Of a DNA stretch of 64,000 nt, positions 21,293 to 32,700 are shown piece after piece. The number at the start of each line of letters is the position of its first letter. The first letter of the stretch is position 1. The stretch lies in IMG/VR virus record IMGVR_UViG_2599185359_000001, positions 1-64,000 of that record; one strand, written 5' to 3'. The stretch comes from a virus (taxonomy: Duplodnaviria > Caudoviricetes). Position numbers and translations under genes: made by a program. The notes under the pieces were generated by a model. The model saw only the letters and a program-made list of their open reading frames with translations, had not been told where the DNA came from and searched no databases.

Positions 21293-21976
21293 TCACTGGA
21301 CGCTCGCAGGTGTCACGATCGCCTGGCACCGACCGTACCGTAGGACAAACTCCAAGCCCGGCTCGCTCACGGCGGCAGCAATGGGACGTAACGCCTCCTT
21401 CACCGCCATGAAAAGCTCATAGCCGTCCCAACCATCGCCGAAGCGACGGTGTGCCTTGCGGTAGCCCCGCCGCAGAAGATGCCGAGCGTCGGCGATGAAC
21501 TGGTCGACGGGGAAATCTTCGGGCAAGTTCGCGCAGCGGTCCTCCATACGCGACGAGATCTCGTGCCGCGCTACATCAAGCGCATCTGCGAAGTCCATGT
21601 CCGCTTCATGCCGGCGCGTACAGTAGGTGCGCGTGCCGGGCCACCAACCCACGGCACCATTTGCCTCCTGGTCGCATAGGTCATCGGCGACCTGGGCTAT
21701 GTTGTGGCCCAGGCGGGTGGTTGGCTTGTGAAAATCGCCGTGCCGATCGCCGAAGGTGCCCCAGCGTCCGCGTACCTGCCAGAGTCCACCCAGCGCCTCC
21801 AGCTCGTCCGCTGGGCACCCAATCGACGCGATGCCGTTCTGATGCTCCAGCAGATCGTGCGGCAATAGGCCACCGTTCCAGTCGACCAGAATACCAGGCG
21901 TGATTTCGGTGCCCTTGATCACGAGCCCAAGATTGCCGTTGTCGTCTTCGTGGCTGACGATGCGGACTGACCTCAT
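21293..21976 (-). CDS. Hypothetical protein (HDLLEH, possible HExxH-like metal site)
   Basis: ATGA-coupled to the upstream methyltransferase. Confidence 0.7.
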   Translation of the reverse strand: MRSVRIVSHEDDNGNLGLVIKGTEITPGILVDWNGGLLPHDLLEHQNGIASIGCPADELEALGGLWQVRGRWGTFGDRHGDFHKPTTRLGHNIAQVADDLCDQEANGAVGWWPGTRTYCTRRHEADMDFADALDVARHEISSRMEDRCANLPEDFPVDQFIADARHLLRRGYRKAHRRFGDGWDGYELFMAVKEALRPIAAAVSEPGLEFVLRYGRCQAIVTPASVQ

Positions 21977-23421
21977 GCCCGCTTCCGGTTCAGCGTGACG
22001 AGGCAGGTGTTTACGTTTGTCCCGCTCTCCGCGAACGAGCCGGGCGGCAGATCCTTGATGTTGCCATTCATGGTCTCCACCAGCTTGCGGAACGCCTCGG
22101 TCTTTCGATCGGTGCGGAACTCGATACTGGCGCTCATCACCGCGACGATCTTCCCGCCGGGAGCAAGGAACTTCACGGCATGGGCGACGTGGTCGATATC
22201 CAGGCCGCGATCGAATGGCGGGTTCATCAGGATCCGGTCGTAGATCGGCTGCGGCGAGCGCTTGAGGAAGTCGCCATCGATCACGTCGCCGACCTGGCAT
22301 GTCTCGCGCAGGGTGTCCGCGCGGCCAGGGTGGAGCTCGATCATGTCCACCGAGAACGTGGCGCCGCTTTCCCGCATGCCGCGGCACAGAGCCTTCACGA
22401 TCGCACCTTCGCCTGCCGAGGGCTCGAGGACGCGGAAATGCAGGTTGTTCTGTTCGGCATACCAGCGGGACACGTTCATCTCTGCTTCGCCGACGACGCG
22501 ATCCGCTACCGCGTCCGGCGTTGGGAACCAGCCCATGTTCTTCGCGACAGCCGTCGACTGCCGCGCCAAGGGATCGTCCTCGACCGCATCGCTGCCAGCG
22601 CCCAGCGCCTCACCGTAGTAGTCGGCGAGCTCCTTGTTCACCCGCTTCAGGAGATCGTCCCGCTTGAACCACAGGTGAGCGTTACCGTTCTTGAATACCC
22701 GGACGCGGAAGTATTCGTTCTCGACGGTGAATGCGCCGCGGACCAGACCGCGCGGCCGCGCGTCGTTGATCTGGCCGATGATACCAGCATAGCGCTCGGG
22801 CACCGATCGCTTCTCGGGGTCGGGATCGTTCTCGTGGTCGAGCTCCCAGAAGGCGCGCTCGATGTCGCGGATCGTATCCTCGTGGCGCGCATGCGTGTTC
22901 CACATGCCGTACGCATCGAAGACGTAGGTCAGCACCACCCGCTCGCCGATCTTGAAGCCGTCATGGCTGCGGAAGCGGCGGTCGAGCTTCGCGAAAGCGT
23001 TGGCGATGCCGCGCTGGAAGATCATCTTGGCGTTGCCGGCGAGGTTCGCGAGCGTGGAATAGGCCGTCTCGATCGAAACCTCGGGCGGGTCCTTCTCCAG
23101 CTGGTCGCGGAACTCCTGGTGCGCCTGGCGATCCATGAGCTTGTCAAAGCCATAGCCTTGGATGAGGTGGCCCCAGATCGTGCGGTCGGCTTGCTGGCGC
23201 AGGTAGGTGAGGAACCTGGCCCGCTCGTCAGGGCCGCGGCTGAATGCGCGCGAGGCGTTGGACTGGTCTACATAGAACTGCAGACCGCCGGCGGCCTTAG
23301 CTGCAGTCGCGAACGCCTCGTCGATCGCCTGGAAGGCTGTCGCGAACTTCTCGATGGCAAGGTTGCGATAGCCGACGATCTCGCTGATCTCGGCGCGGGT
23401 CACAAGGGCAGTGCCGGTCAT
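21973..23421 (-). CDS. DUF4942-domain amino-methyltransferase
   Basis: FKNGNAHLWF (DUF4942-like), WFPTP, VLEPSAGEG (motif I), ILMNPPF (motif IV). Confidence 0.85.
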   Translation of the reverse strand: MTGTALVTRAEISEIVGYRNLAIEKFATAFQAIDEAFATAAKAAGGLQFYVDQSNASRAFSRGPDERARFLTYLRQQADRTIWGHLIQGYGFDKLMDRQAHQEFRDQLEKDPPEVSIETAYSTLANLAGNAKMIFQRGIANAFAKLDRRFRSHDGFKIGERVVLTYVFDAYGMWNTHARHEDTIRDIERAFWELDHENDPDPEKRSVPERYAGIIGQINDARPRGLVRGAFTVENEYFRVRVFKNGNAHLWFKRDDLLKRVNKELADYYGEALGAGSDAVEDDPLARQSTAVAKNMGWFPTPDAVADRVVGEAEMNVSRWYAEQNNLHFRVLEPSAGEGAIVKALCRGMRESGATFSVDMIELHPGRADTLRETCQVGDVIDGDFLKRSPQPIYDRILMNPPFDRGLDIDHVAHAVKFLAPGGKIVAVMSASIEFRTDRKTEAFRKLVETMNGNIKDLPPGSFAESGTNVNTCLVTLNRKRA

Positions 23422-24924
23422 CAGTGCTGCCCCTGTTCCACGATGCGGATCATGTCGAATGCGGTGAAAGGCGACATCGAGATGGGCCACGGCTCTCCAG
23501 GCTGCTTCTCGGCGGCCGGCGTGAGTCTGAGGCCATCGGCGAGCACCTCGTGCAGCTTCATTTCGACCTCGTGGTCATCGCCGTTCCAGATCACCTTGAG
23601 CGTGAAGTTGGCGCCGCCGTGTGTGTCGCTCTCGTCCTTGAGGCGCTCGTCGAGGATCTGTGCAATCGTGCGGAGGGGCATTGTCTGTTCCTTCATCACC
23701 GGTCACCGCTGACCGTGTGAGTGTTATTGCACACGCGCTGAAGGCGTGCGGGTGGCTTACTCGCTGACGCGAGCGGCGATGTGCTTCTGCAGGTGTTCGG
23801 GCAGCGCGAGCCAATTGATGCGTTCGCCGAGACACGGCCCCTCTTCGCAGATCGAGAATTGCGAGAACCCCAGGGGGCGTGTGGGCTGGTCGTCAAGGCC
23901 AAGGCACTCGAACAGCGAGCCCACCGGCAAGTCGAGCACGACAGTATAGCGGTCCTGGGTGCTGCCGCCGTTATCCCAGATCGATCGGACATTGCTCGGC
24001 TTCGGCATCGATGGCGGGACGGCCGGCGTGCACACGCGGCAGATCTCGGAGCCCTGATCGCCGTGGATCGTGCCGGTACCAGCGCAGCCGAAGCAGATGA
24101 GGCTCATGCGCGTCGCCTCGCTCGCTTCAGCATGCGTTCCAGGCTCATGCTCTGCGGCTTCTGTCGCCCGGGCGACTGGTAGAAGTAGGGCGCCACGAGC
24201 TCTTGGATCTTGTCGTCGATATTGGGCAGCTCCGGCGGCTTCGCGGCCTCGCGAGCGTCGATCTCTGCACGGGTCTCGAACTGCGGGTGGCCTAGGCGTG
24301 GGAAGAAGTCTTGCGCCCACCCTCGTCGATTGACAGCATCTTCACCGATGTCCCGCGCGCAGTCGGCGCAGTACCAGGAATAGGATCCGTGATTGTAATG
24401 GAGCGCGGGCTCTGCTTGGCAGCGCGAGCGGTTGCAGGCGCCGCCTTCCTTGCCCTTGTTGGGCTTGTCAGGGCCGTTGTAGTCGCCGTAGGCCATCAGC
24501 CGCGCTCCGCTTTGCGATCCGCGAACAGCTGCAGCGCTTCGTCGGCGCAACGTTCCCAAGGCGCGTAGGCAATCATGCCGGCGTTCATGCGATCGCGCTG
24601 GTCCTGCGGCATCTGCTTCACCAGCTCGGAATACTTGGCGACGGCCTCCAGGACGAACGCCTGCATCAGAACGCCGGTGCGCGAGCCTTCCATCATCCGC
24701 GCCACGAACTCGACATTGGTCTCGGGGTCCGTGGGATGCGGATTGAGGGCATCGCCGGGCACCAGCATCTCGCGGTTGTCCGACATGGACGTGACGACGA
24801 ACATGTCCTCGTCGACGCGGCGGTCATGGGCGCGCAGGACCCTAACCTGCTGCCGGCGCATGTCGATGAAGCCGCCAAACGGGCGCTCATAGGTGCCGTC
24901 GTCGATCTCGCTGATCTTTCGCAT
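23421..24924 (-). CDS. Hypothetical proteins (23421-23681; 23757-24107 with CxxC; 24104-24496 Cys-rich; 24496-24924)
   Basis: Coupled ORFs, two behind hairpin cassettes. Confidence 0.65.
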
Positions 24925-25002
24925 TTCGTTCCCTTTCGATGCGCACCGCTGCGCTGCATCGTTCTTGTGCATCATGTGATTGGTGGATGCGGCTGGCTTA
25001 GG

Positions 25003-26365
25003 TCAGAAGGTGCCCCACAGGGGGTTCGCCTCGATCTCATCCTGCGCGCGCTCATCTGCGAGCTTGGCGTCGATGGCCGCCTGGGCAGCCTTCTCGCGGC
25101 GTTCCCTCAAGGCCTGGTGCGCTTGGCGCCGAGCCTCCTCAATCTTGCGGAGCGCCTCGACCGCCTTGCTTTCCATCTCCCCAAGTGGCGTTCGCGGCCC
25201 ATCCTCGTTCATGAGGTTCGCGTGATGCGAGAGCCATGGCGTGCCGTCTGCCTTGTAGTAGATCGGGTTCCCGCCCTGACCATCGGCCTTGACCATGAAG
25301 CGTACACCCTGGCCGAACTGCTGCCGGAAGTGGTCGGTGATATCTCGACCGATACGGGTAGGCGACAGCGGGACGACCTTGCCGTCGTCATCGAGCATCG
25401 CGACGAGATGGACAGAAGGGCCATAGTAGCCACCGTCTGAGTCCTGCCGCGGCACCATCCTGAGCGGGGCTTCCCAGTCGATCATTGGCCGGCGCTCCGC
25501 ATGCCTGCGCCGAGCTTCTTCCACTCAAGCTCACCGCGGCGGTTGCGAACCTGGACCATGCCAGGCTCGGGCGCGAGTTCACGCTTGCCCTCGGGAGGCT
25601 TGCGGTAGCGCCCGCCGCGCTCGAAGTGGCTGCGGTCGCGGGGAGGTGCCGCTCGATCGATGAAAGGGTGCGCGTTGAACCACTCGTCATGGATCACGAT
25701 CATCTTGCGTGCGGCCCTGGCAGCGTGACCCGCTTGCTCGGCGGCTGCACGCAATGCGTGATTGAGGAGCATGAACGACTTGCCCTGCTGGCGCGCGCCG
25801 ACAATTGCGATGGCTCGATGAATACCGTCGACCGGCACGTGCGGGGCGATGATAGTAGGCTCCATCAGAACATTCCGAACATCGGGTTGTCGAGCATGGC
25901 GGCCTGCTCTGCTGCGGCAGCTTCCTCCGCCTCCAGCTGGGCGACGGTGATCTCGACGAGCTTGGGCGCTCCGTTGATCGGCGTCAGACGCGGCCACACG
26001 TAGAGATACCGCTGCCCAGATGCCGTGACGAGTCTGAGCTTGGTCCCGCGATCGAAGATCCGGCCGGCGATCGGGTTCGTGGCGTCAGGGAAGCGCAGCA
26101 GCGGCATCTGCGTGTTGACGATCCTCGGAGCGCCTGGCCCGCGCGCTGCGTCGAGCGTGCCATCGGGATTGACCATGACAGGCTTGGTAGTGCTGAGCTT
26201 CGGCATGGTCGCGGCGTTCCAGCCGCGGGGCGTGTCGATCCCGACGACCATGTAGGCGGTGAGCTCCTCGCCGTCGCACACCCGGCGCCACTCGGTCGGG
26301 TCAAGCTCGCACGCGGTGCCGTCGTCCCACTCGATCGGCATCCGCCAGTTCAGAACAGTCCCCAC
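25003..26365 (-). CDS. Hypothetical proteins: 25003-25485 (ends NPLWGTF), 25482-25865 (GARQQGKS P-loop-like remnant), 25865-26365 (ends NPMFGMF)
   Basis: Coupled ORFs. Confidence 0.7.
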
Positions 26366-26673
26366 AGGGCGCTTCCTTCCATTTCAGTTGTGTCGATTGG
26401 CGCAGGCGGCGGGGCAGGGGCGCCGACAGCTGCCTGAACGCCCGCGTCAAGCATGATCGCGAGCGCCTCGTAGGTGATGACCTGGGCGCCGCGGGCGGCT
26501 GCCGTCTTCGCCTTGACGGTATTCGTGCGCGACGCGACCAGGATGTCGCAGTTGTCGGCGGTGTCCGTGTAGACGTAGCCCGCATCCTCGATCATCTTGA
26601 TCCAGTCAGGCCGGTGCACCTGGACATTGTTCTTCATGCCCTTGCCGGTGAGGGCGATCCGCTTCCATCCCAT
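26350..26673 (-). CDS. Stand-alone BRCT-like domain protein ending SALWGLF
   Basis: IALTG...R..WIKMIEDAG...CDILVA...K..A...GAQVITYE pattern matches ligase-type BRCT. Confidence 0.65.
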   Translation of the reverse strand: MGWKRIALTGKGMKNNVQVHRPDWIKMIEDAGYVYTDTADNCDILVASRTNTVKAKTAAARGAQVITYEALAIMLDAGVQAAVGAPAPPPAPIDTTEMEGSALWGLF

Positions 26674-27978
26674 CAGAACATCCCCCAAAGCGGGCTGCTG
26701 GCGTTGGCGCGCTCGGTCTCCTCGCGCGCTCGTCGAGCCCACGGCGTCTCGACCTCTTCCTCTTCCACGAAGAGATCCTCGGTCGGATCGAAGGTCTCGA
26801 TCTTGCCCCAGGGGCAGCCTTCATCCACCGGGCTCCCGAGAGCGCCGTAGACAAAGCCGGTCCCGATCGCGTCAGGGCGCGTGTCGAGGCGCTGGCCGCC
26901 GGTGACATACAGCCGGCGACGCGTGCGCACGGTTCGGATCGGAAGCGAGAAGTCGATCATCGTTATTCGTCCAGCTCGGGGAGCTCAGCGCCGTCGAGGA
27001 TCGTGCCGAGCTCCGGTTCGCGCGCATCGAGGAACAGCGCAGCATCGAGCACCGCCTGGGAGCCGAAGCCCTCCATGCTCTCAAGCCGCAGACATTCCGC
27101 TTCGATCGCTTCCTTGGCGCCAGCGCGCGCGAGATTCTCCGCCTGTGCAGGCGTGTCGGCTTCGATCGTCGCCGTGATGTAGCGGCGGCAGTTGAACGCA
27201 TAGGTGACGGTGAACTCCGCCATCAGAACTGCGCCATTTGGGAGTAGCGCGGATCGAGCGCTTCGGGCGCGCGATTGGTGGGCGCTGCGATTGCCGCCTG
27301 GGCCGGCGTGAGCTGCTTGGGTCGCGACATCTGAATGGCGATGGCAGCAGTCCGAGCGAACTTGAATTGGCGTCCGGTGCTCTCGCACACGCCGTCAATC
27401 GGATACTTCGGCCTGCTCGGAGACACGCCGGTGAACCGGTAGCGTTTGCCCAGGCTCGTAAACACGAGCCCATAGTCGCTGCCCGCCAGGCCGAGGGACC
27501 GACCGTTGACGTCGATCAAGCGGCGCGCGGCGTCATCTGCCGCAGTCGTGTCGGCCGAGGACGCGACCAGCGAGAGGGTGAGGCTGTGCGCGCCTAACTG
27601 ACCGCCCTTGACCTCGAACTTCAGCCCATGCCGCTGCCCGAGCTCCGCGAGCTCGGCGACCACGTCAGCCGAAAGCGCGCGGTGGCCGGTCTTGTTGAAA
27701 TCTTTGAACATCGAACATCCTTCTCGTCTACGGTCACCGCTGACCGCATGTGTGTTATTCACCATATCTAGCAGGCGTGCGAATGGCTTCTGTTACGGTG
27801 CTTCGCCATCCACGGTGTCTTGCTCAGCGGCTTGGACCAGGAACTCTCCGTGGCTGGCGCAACGGCCTTTGAAGATGGGTCCGTCGTCATCGATATCGAC
27901 CGGTTCGCCAGTCTCCAGGCGAGCGCCACATTTAGGGCACGCGAATGGCACGTCGTAGAAGACGAGGATCTCGAGCAT
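26673..27978 (-). CDS. Hypothetical proteins (26673-26960 ends SPLWGMF; 26963-27223; 27223-27711; 27793-27978 Zn-ribbon)
   Basis: Coupled ORFs. Confidence 0.65.
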
Positions 27979-28223
27979 CAGGCGACGATCGCCGTTGAGG
28001 GAAAGGGGCCGAGGACCTCGAACTTGTCGGCCGGCGCGATCAGCGAAAGCGTGCGGCCATTTTCCCAGTTTACGCCGATGTGCCAGGTGCCATCGAACCT
28101 CGTGCAGTCCGTGACCATCGTCACTTCGCCTTCGGTCCCGGGGTCAATGGGGTTGGGGTCCTTGCCCATCTGGATCAATCGAATGCGCTGCCCGAGCATA
28201 ACGGGCGCCGTGTTGTCGGTCAT
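27978..28223 (-). CDS. DUF4314-like small beta protein
   Basis: GQRIRLIQM..DP..PGTEGEV...VNWENGRTLSLI...DKF. Confidence 0.6.
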   Translation of the reverse strand: MTDNTAPVMLGQRIRLIQMGKDPNPIDPGTEGEVTMVTDCTRFDGTWHIGVNWENGRTLSLIAPADKFEVLGPFPSTAIVA

Positions 28224-28312
28224 TGGTGCTGCCTCGCTTCGCGGTCACCGCTGACCGCATGTGTGTTGCTAACCACACGTTGCGATTCGCGCAAGAGGGC
28301 TGTGCTTCGGGC

Positions 28313-28341
28313 AAAAAGAAAGGCCGGGATCGCTCCCGGCC
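28313..28341 (-). terminator. Rho-independent terminator
   Basis: GGCCGGGA-GCGA-TCCCGGCC followed by TTTCTTTTT on the minus strand. Confidence 0.8.
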
Positions 28342-28538
28342 ACTGACTTCAACGCTGAAGGCGTTCACTTCTGGGACTCGTGGTCCTTCACGAAGTTGAG
28401 CCGCGGCTTCTTTCGTCCGACGAAGGCCGCCGTAGCCCCGTAAACGACAACCGCCGCCAGCACGCCGGCGAGGAACCCGCCGAGATGGAAATACTGCATG
28501 GCTTATGAGTTCCCCGATGGATAACAGGCCGATCGCGC

Positions 28539-29766
28539 TCAGTTGCGCGTCTCGTTGTTCATGATGTCGGCCAAGACCACCGTGAGAATCGGGAAGGCGA
28601 CGAAGATGCAAAACAACGTTGCGACAACACCGAGAACGAAAGAAATAGAAAGTGCGAGCATGTGTCCCCCTGTTGAACTGTGAAATTCTACAGTCGTTAT
28701 CGACCTTGTTAGCATGACTAGCAATCGGCTAATTGCGATCATTCACTGAACGGCGTCTCGGCATTTACTAAAGCCATGGGGACGGACGCGACCAACATGC
28801 AGGCAGCATAGATACCTAACGGCCAAACGGGACCGCCGTGCAACACAAGCCAAGCAGAGTGGATCATCATGCCGGCGGTCGCCAGCACGAGTGCGAATGA
28901 GGAAATAGCGGCGATCAAATCTCGCAAAACAAGCCCTTAACGTAGCATCGACTAGATGATGCTTACGTTAACTGCAACAAAATATTGCAGTCATGAAATG
29001 GGTTTGTGTGGCTTCTTTACGAGGTGTCCCGCAATGGCATAGCCCTCGGGCGAGTGCGAGAGGACGCCGGAGTGCCCGGCATTCAGAACATGCGCCAGCT
29101 CATGCGTGGGGCCGAAGTCGCCGATCACCTCGAACGTCTCCCCAGCGAGCGCCTTTTCCGTAACGTCAGCGAAGCGGCGATACTGCTGCGCGCGCCGAAG
29201 GTGCTTCACGCTCTCGGCGATCAGCAATGCCTCGGACACGTCTTCTGCGACGATGCAGAGCCGCTTGTAGGATCGGTTCCAGACCACAAAAAGTCGCCGC
29301 AAGTGTGCCCCCAAGTCGTCGATTTGCTCCGATTCGGGAGCCTGGTCCAGCTGCGTTGTAACATGATGCAGCGCCATGCCTAGAAACGTGCCATTCATAC
29401 GCGGCCACTCGCACACCGCGGAGAGCCTGTCGTCAAGCCGTCGATTCGATAGTGATCGTAGGCGCCGAAGCGCCGCTCATTGGTCATTTGCCCTCCCTGT
29501 GCGCATCGCGCGCTTGCATGTGTGCTATCACGCACCTGCAATCGATGCGCAAGCTGGATCGACTTAACACCAATGCTTTACAGGGAGGTCTTCAGATAGC
29601 TACGCATCTGGGCTCGCGACGGCGCGGGCGCTGCTCGGTTCACCTCGCGTTCAGCGTTCGCGATGAAAGCTTCGCGGCTGGCGCCCTGTAGCGGATCGGC
29701 CAAGCACGAAATAGCAGCGCGCAAAATTGCGCGCTGCTCGAGGGTTTTTGATGCGTCGTTGCCCAT
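28539..29766 (-). CDS. Lower-GC stretch with two small membrane proteins (28539-~28661, 28739-28927) and hypothetical proteins (28991-~29416, 29578-29766)
   Basis: Hydrophobic ORFs and visibly AT-richer DNA. Confidence 0.45.
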
Positions 29767-29799
29767 GGTCCCATGGCTACGAGCGCTCTGACTGGTTCG

Positions 29800-32700
29800 T
29801 CAATCGGTGGACTGGTCCGACTCCGCTGTCTTTGCGGTCATCTGTTCCATGGCCGCGAGCATCAGCATGCCCAGGCCCTGCTCGACAGATCGCGACCCGG
29901 GAGTCCACGAGTAGACGTGCTTCGCGAACGCGCCCCATCCATTCGTACCAGCGATCTCGCCAAGGCGACCGATCGCGGCCGAGAGAATGGCTGGCAGCGC
30001 CGCGACGTCGAGCTCGAGGATCTCGGCGCCCAGGTCTCGCTTGGGTGCCGTGGGTTGCTCGCCGGGTGGCGTCCACCCCAGCTTGCGCGCAACGGACTCG
30101 AAGCGCTCCAGCTGGGCCGCGCGCATTTTGGAGGGGTCCGGCTCTGTCGTGCGCGGCGCTTCCTCGATCGCTGGCGAAGGTGGCGCGCTTTCTTCCGTCG
30201 TCGGGCCGACGGCAAAGGAAGACCACCGATCATTGAGCCACTGGATCAGCTCGGGCTTGTTGGTCGGAACCTCGATCGTCTCGAAGCCCGCGCCGCCCTG
30301 GGCAGCCTTTGCGTCGGCTTGCGTGCCGCTCCAGATGCGGGAGAGGGAGAGATAGAGCTTCATTCCTCCCGGTCCCCCTCCTTCTCGTCGTCGTGGTTGC
30401 CCTTCGCGCGCTGCAGGAGCTGATCGAGATCCGTCACGCCCGCATCGCGCCGCGCGAGGTGGAGAAGGTTGCAAATCAGATCGCCGATTCGGGTCTCCAG
30501 GTCTTCCACGTCATCCGCGTTGCCGAGGTAGACTTGAGCGTCGAATGCCTCCTGCGCGGTTCGTGCCCACTCAGCGCGATCGGCGTTGGTGGGTCCGGTG
30601 GTCAAGCCCATCATTTCTCCTCCTCGACTTCGCTCTCGCCATCGACGTCGAAGGTGCCGGTGCTGTCCAGGACGAGCGCAGCCTCGCCGAACTCCTTCAG
30701 CTGGTCCGAATAGCCCCGGATGTAACTCCCAGTGGGCGACAGGTTCTCGACGAATAGGTCGGCGGCAGCGCGGGCAGAGGCTTCGTCAGGAGCCTCCACA
30801 GCCACGCTGATAAACGCCTTCACGTCCACATTGTAGCGGGGCATCAGCGATCCTTCTCAGTGGGCAGTTGAGCGTCGCCACCTTCGAGGATCTCGATGAT
30901 GGCGGCATAGTCAAACACGTTGGCGGTAAGCTCGAGCCGTTCCAGCTCAGCATGATAGGCGGCGATCCGCTCAAGGCGATCGGCGGCTACGCAGGTCGCT
31001 GCTATGGCATCATCGACGGAGGCCTGACATTCATCCGCATCCGTGTAGATGTCGCCCGTGCTCGCGTTGCGGAGCTCGGCTGCGAGCTGCGGAATATCGC
31101 TCATGCCGACACCCGCGCCAGGTCGCGTGCCTTGAGGTCCAGCGAGCGCGCCTTCAGCTGCTCGTAGGTCTTCTCCGTGTCTTCGACGGCGTGGCGGGTC
31201 AGCAGCAGCGAGAGCCCCGCCTCTGCTCCGAGCGACTGTGCGCGGCGCAAGCAGTCCAGCAGCATCCCGACGCGCTCTTCCTTCTGGAAGGCGTCGAGCG
31301 TCGCCGGGGTCAGCGGCTCGGCGTCGGCCGGGATCAGGTGATGCTGCATCCAGTCGATACCATCGTGGTCGGTGAACATCGTCGCGCCGGCGATCTCGAC
31401 GGTCTCGATCGCGTCCCAGAACATCTCGGTGCCCGAGCCGTCATGCTCGAAGCCACATGCTTCATCGGGGGTGAAGACGACACCTGCCGCGCCGGGGACA
31501 AGCTCCTGTGTCCCCCGGATCTCGGTGCCGTTCGGCGCTTTCAATTCGCTCATAGTCTGCTCCTCATTGCTGAGTGTGTTATTCACAACATGCGGAAGGC
31601 ATGCGGGCGGCTTCGGTGCGCTGATGCAGGAACCTCACGTTCTTCTCAGCGCCCTGGGTGGAGATGATCGCCGCGCGGACCTTGTCGGTTGCTTGGCGCG
31701 CGTCGGCGAGCTTGAGGAGGTCGCGGGCTTCCTTCAGCAGAGAGTGGGCGCGCTCGACAGCATGGACGCGATCAAGCGAAGCCTTCTTCACCCTCGTCCT
31801 CCTCGGTCAAGGGCCCGGTGGTCACCTCGATGGCGTGGACCATCCACTCCTGACATTCGCCAGAGCCCTCTTCGGACATCGTCACGTCGTCGGGGCAAGA
31901 CGAGTCGAACTCGCATGCCATCAGCGCCGCAATCTCTCTGGCGTGCTGTGGACTGGAAGCTTCGATCACCCTCGTTACGCGGTCGACCTGGATGACCTCG
32001 CGTTCAAAATCGATCTGGAAACGGGCCATTATCTGGCACTCCCTTTCCGTTGCGGCTCTACGATGATGCTGGCGATGGCGTCGGCCGTGGCGAACAACCC
32101 GTCTTCGGTGCGGGTAACCACGAGCCGAACCTGCCGACCCTTGAAGTGCGTCAGCGTTCGCGCGTCGTCCGCGTTCACAGATAGCTGGCTCCAGTCGGCG
32201 CCGGTGATTACGAGCCCGGTCAGGCTGGCCAGCTCAAGCCGTCCACTGAGAACGGCTTGCTGGCCGTCGCGGAGATCGAGCCAGTCGATATGTCCGCCGA
32301 TCTTCGGTAGGTCGCTCACGCGGCACCCGCCAAATTGTCGTTGCTCGCCACCGGCACTACGCCGGTCGGAGTGAGGCAGCGCAGACCGGACTCGCCGACG
32401 AACGTTCTGACCTTAAAGCCGCGCCCATAGTCACGAACGATTTCGCCGAAGATCAAGCCCCAGAGGTAGTAGAGCATATCGCCTCCTTGTTGTGCATGTT
32501 GGTATACACCGACGCAGCACGCAAGTCGGGTGGCGATTGACCACCTCGACCGCAGTTTACTGAGCTCCGAGCCGCTTCATCACCTCGTCCGCGCGGCACT
32601 TGCTCTCGCCGCCGCTGAAGATCGAGGCGCACGGATCGCGCCGAGATTCCATATAGTTGAAGGCGAGGAAGGCGACGATTGCGATCGCCGCCAGCAGCCA

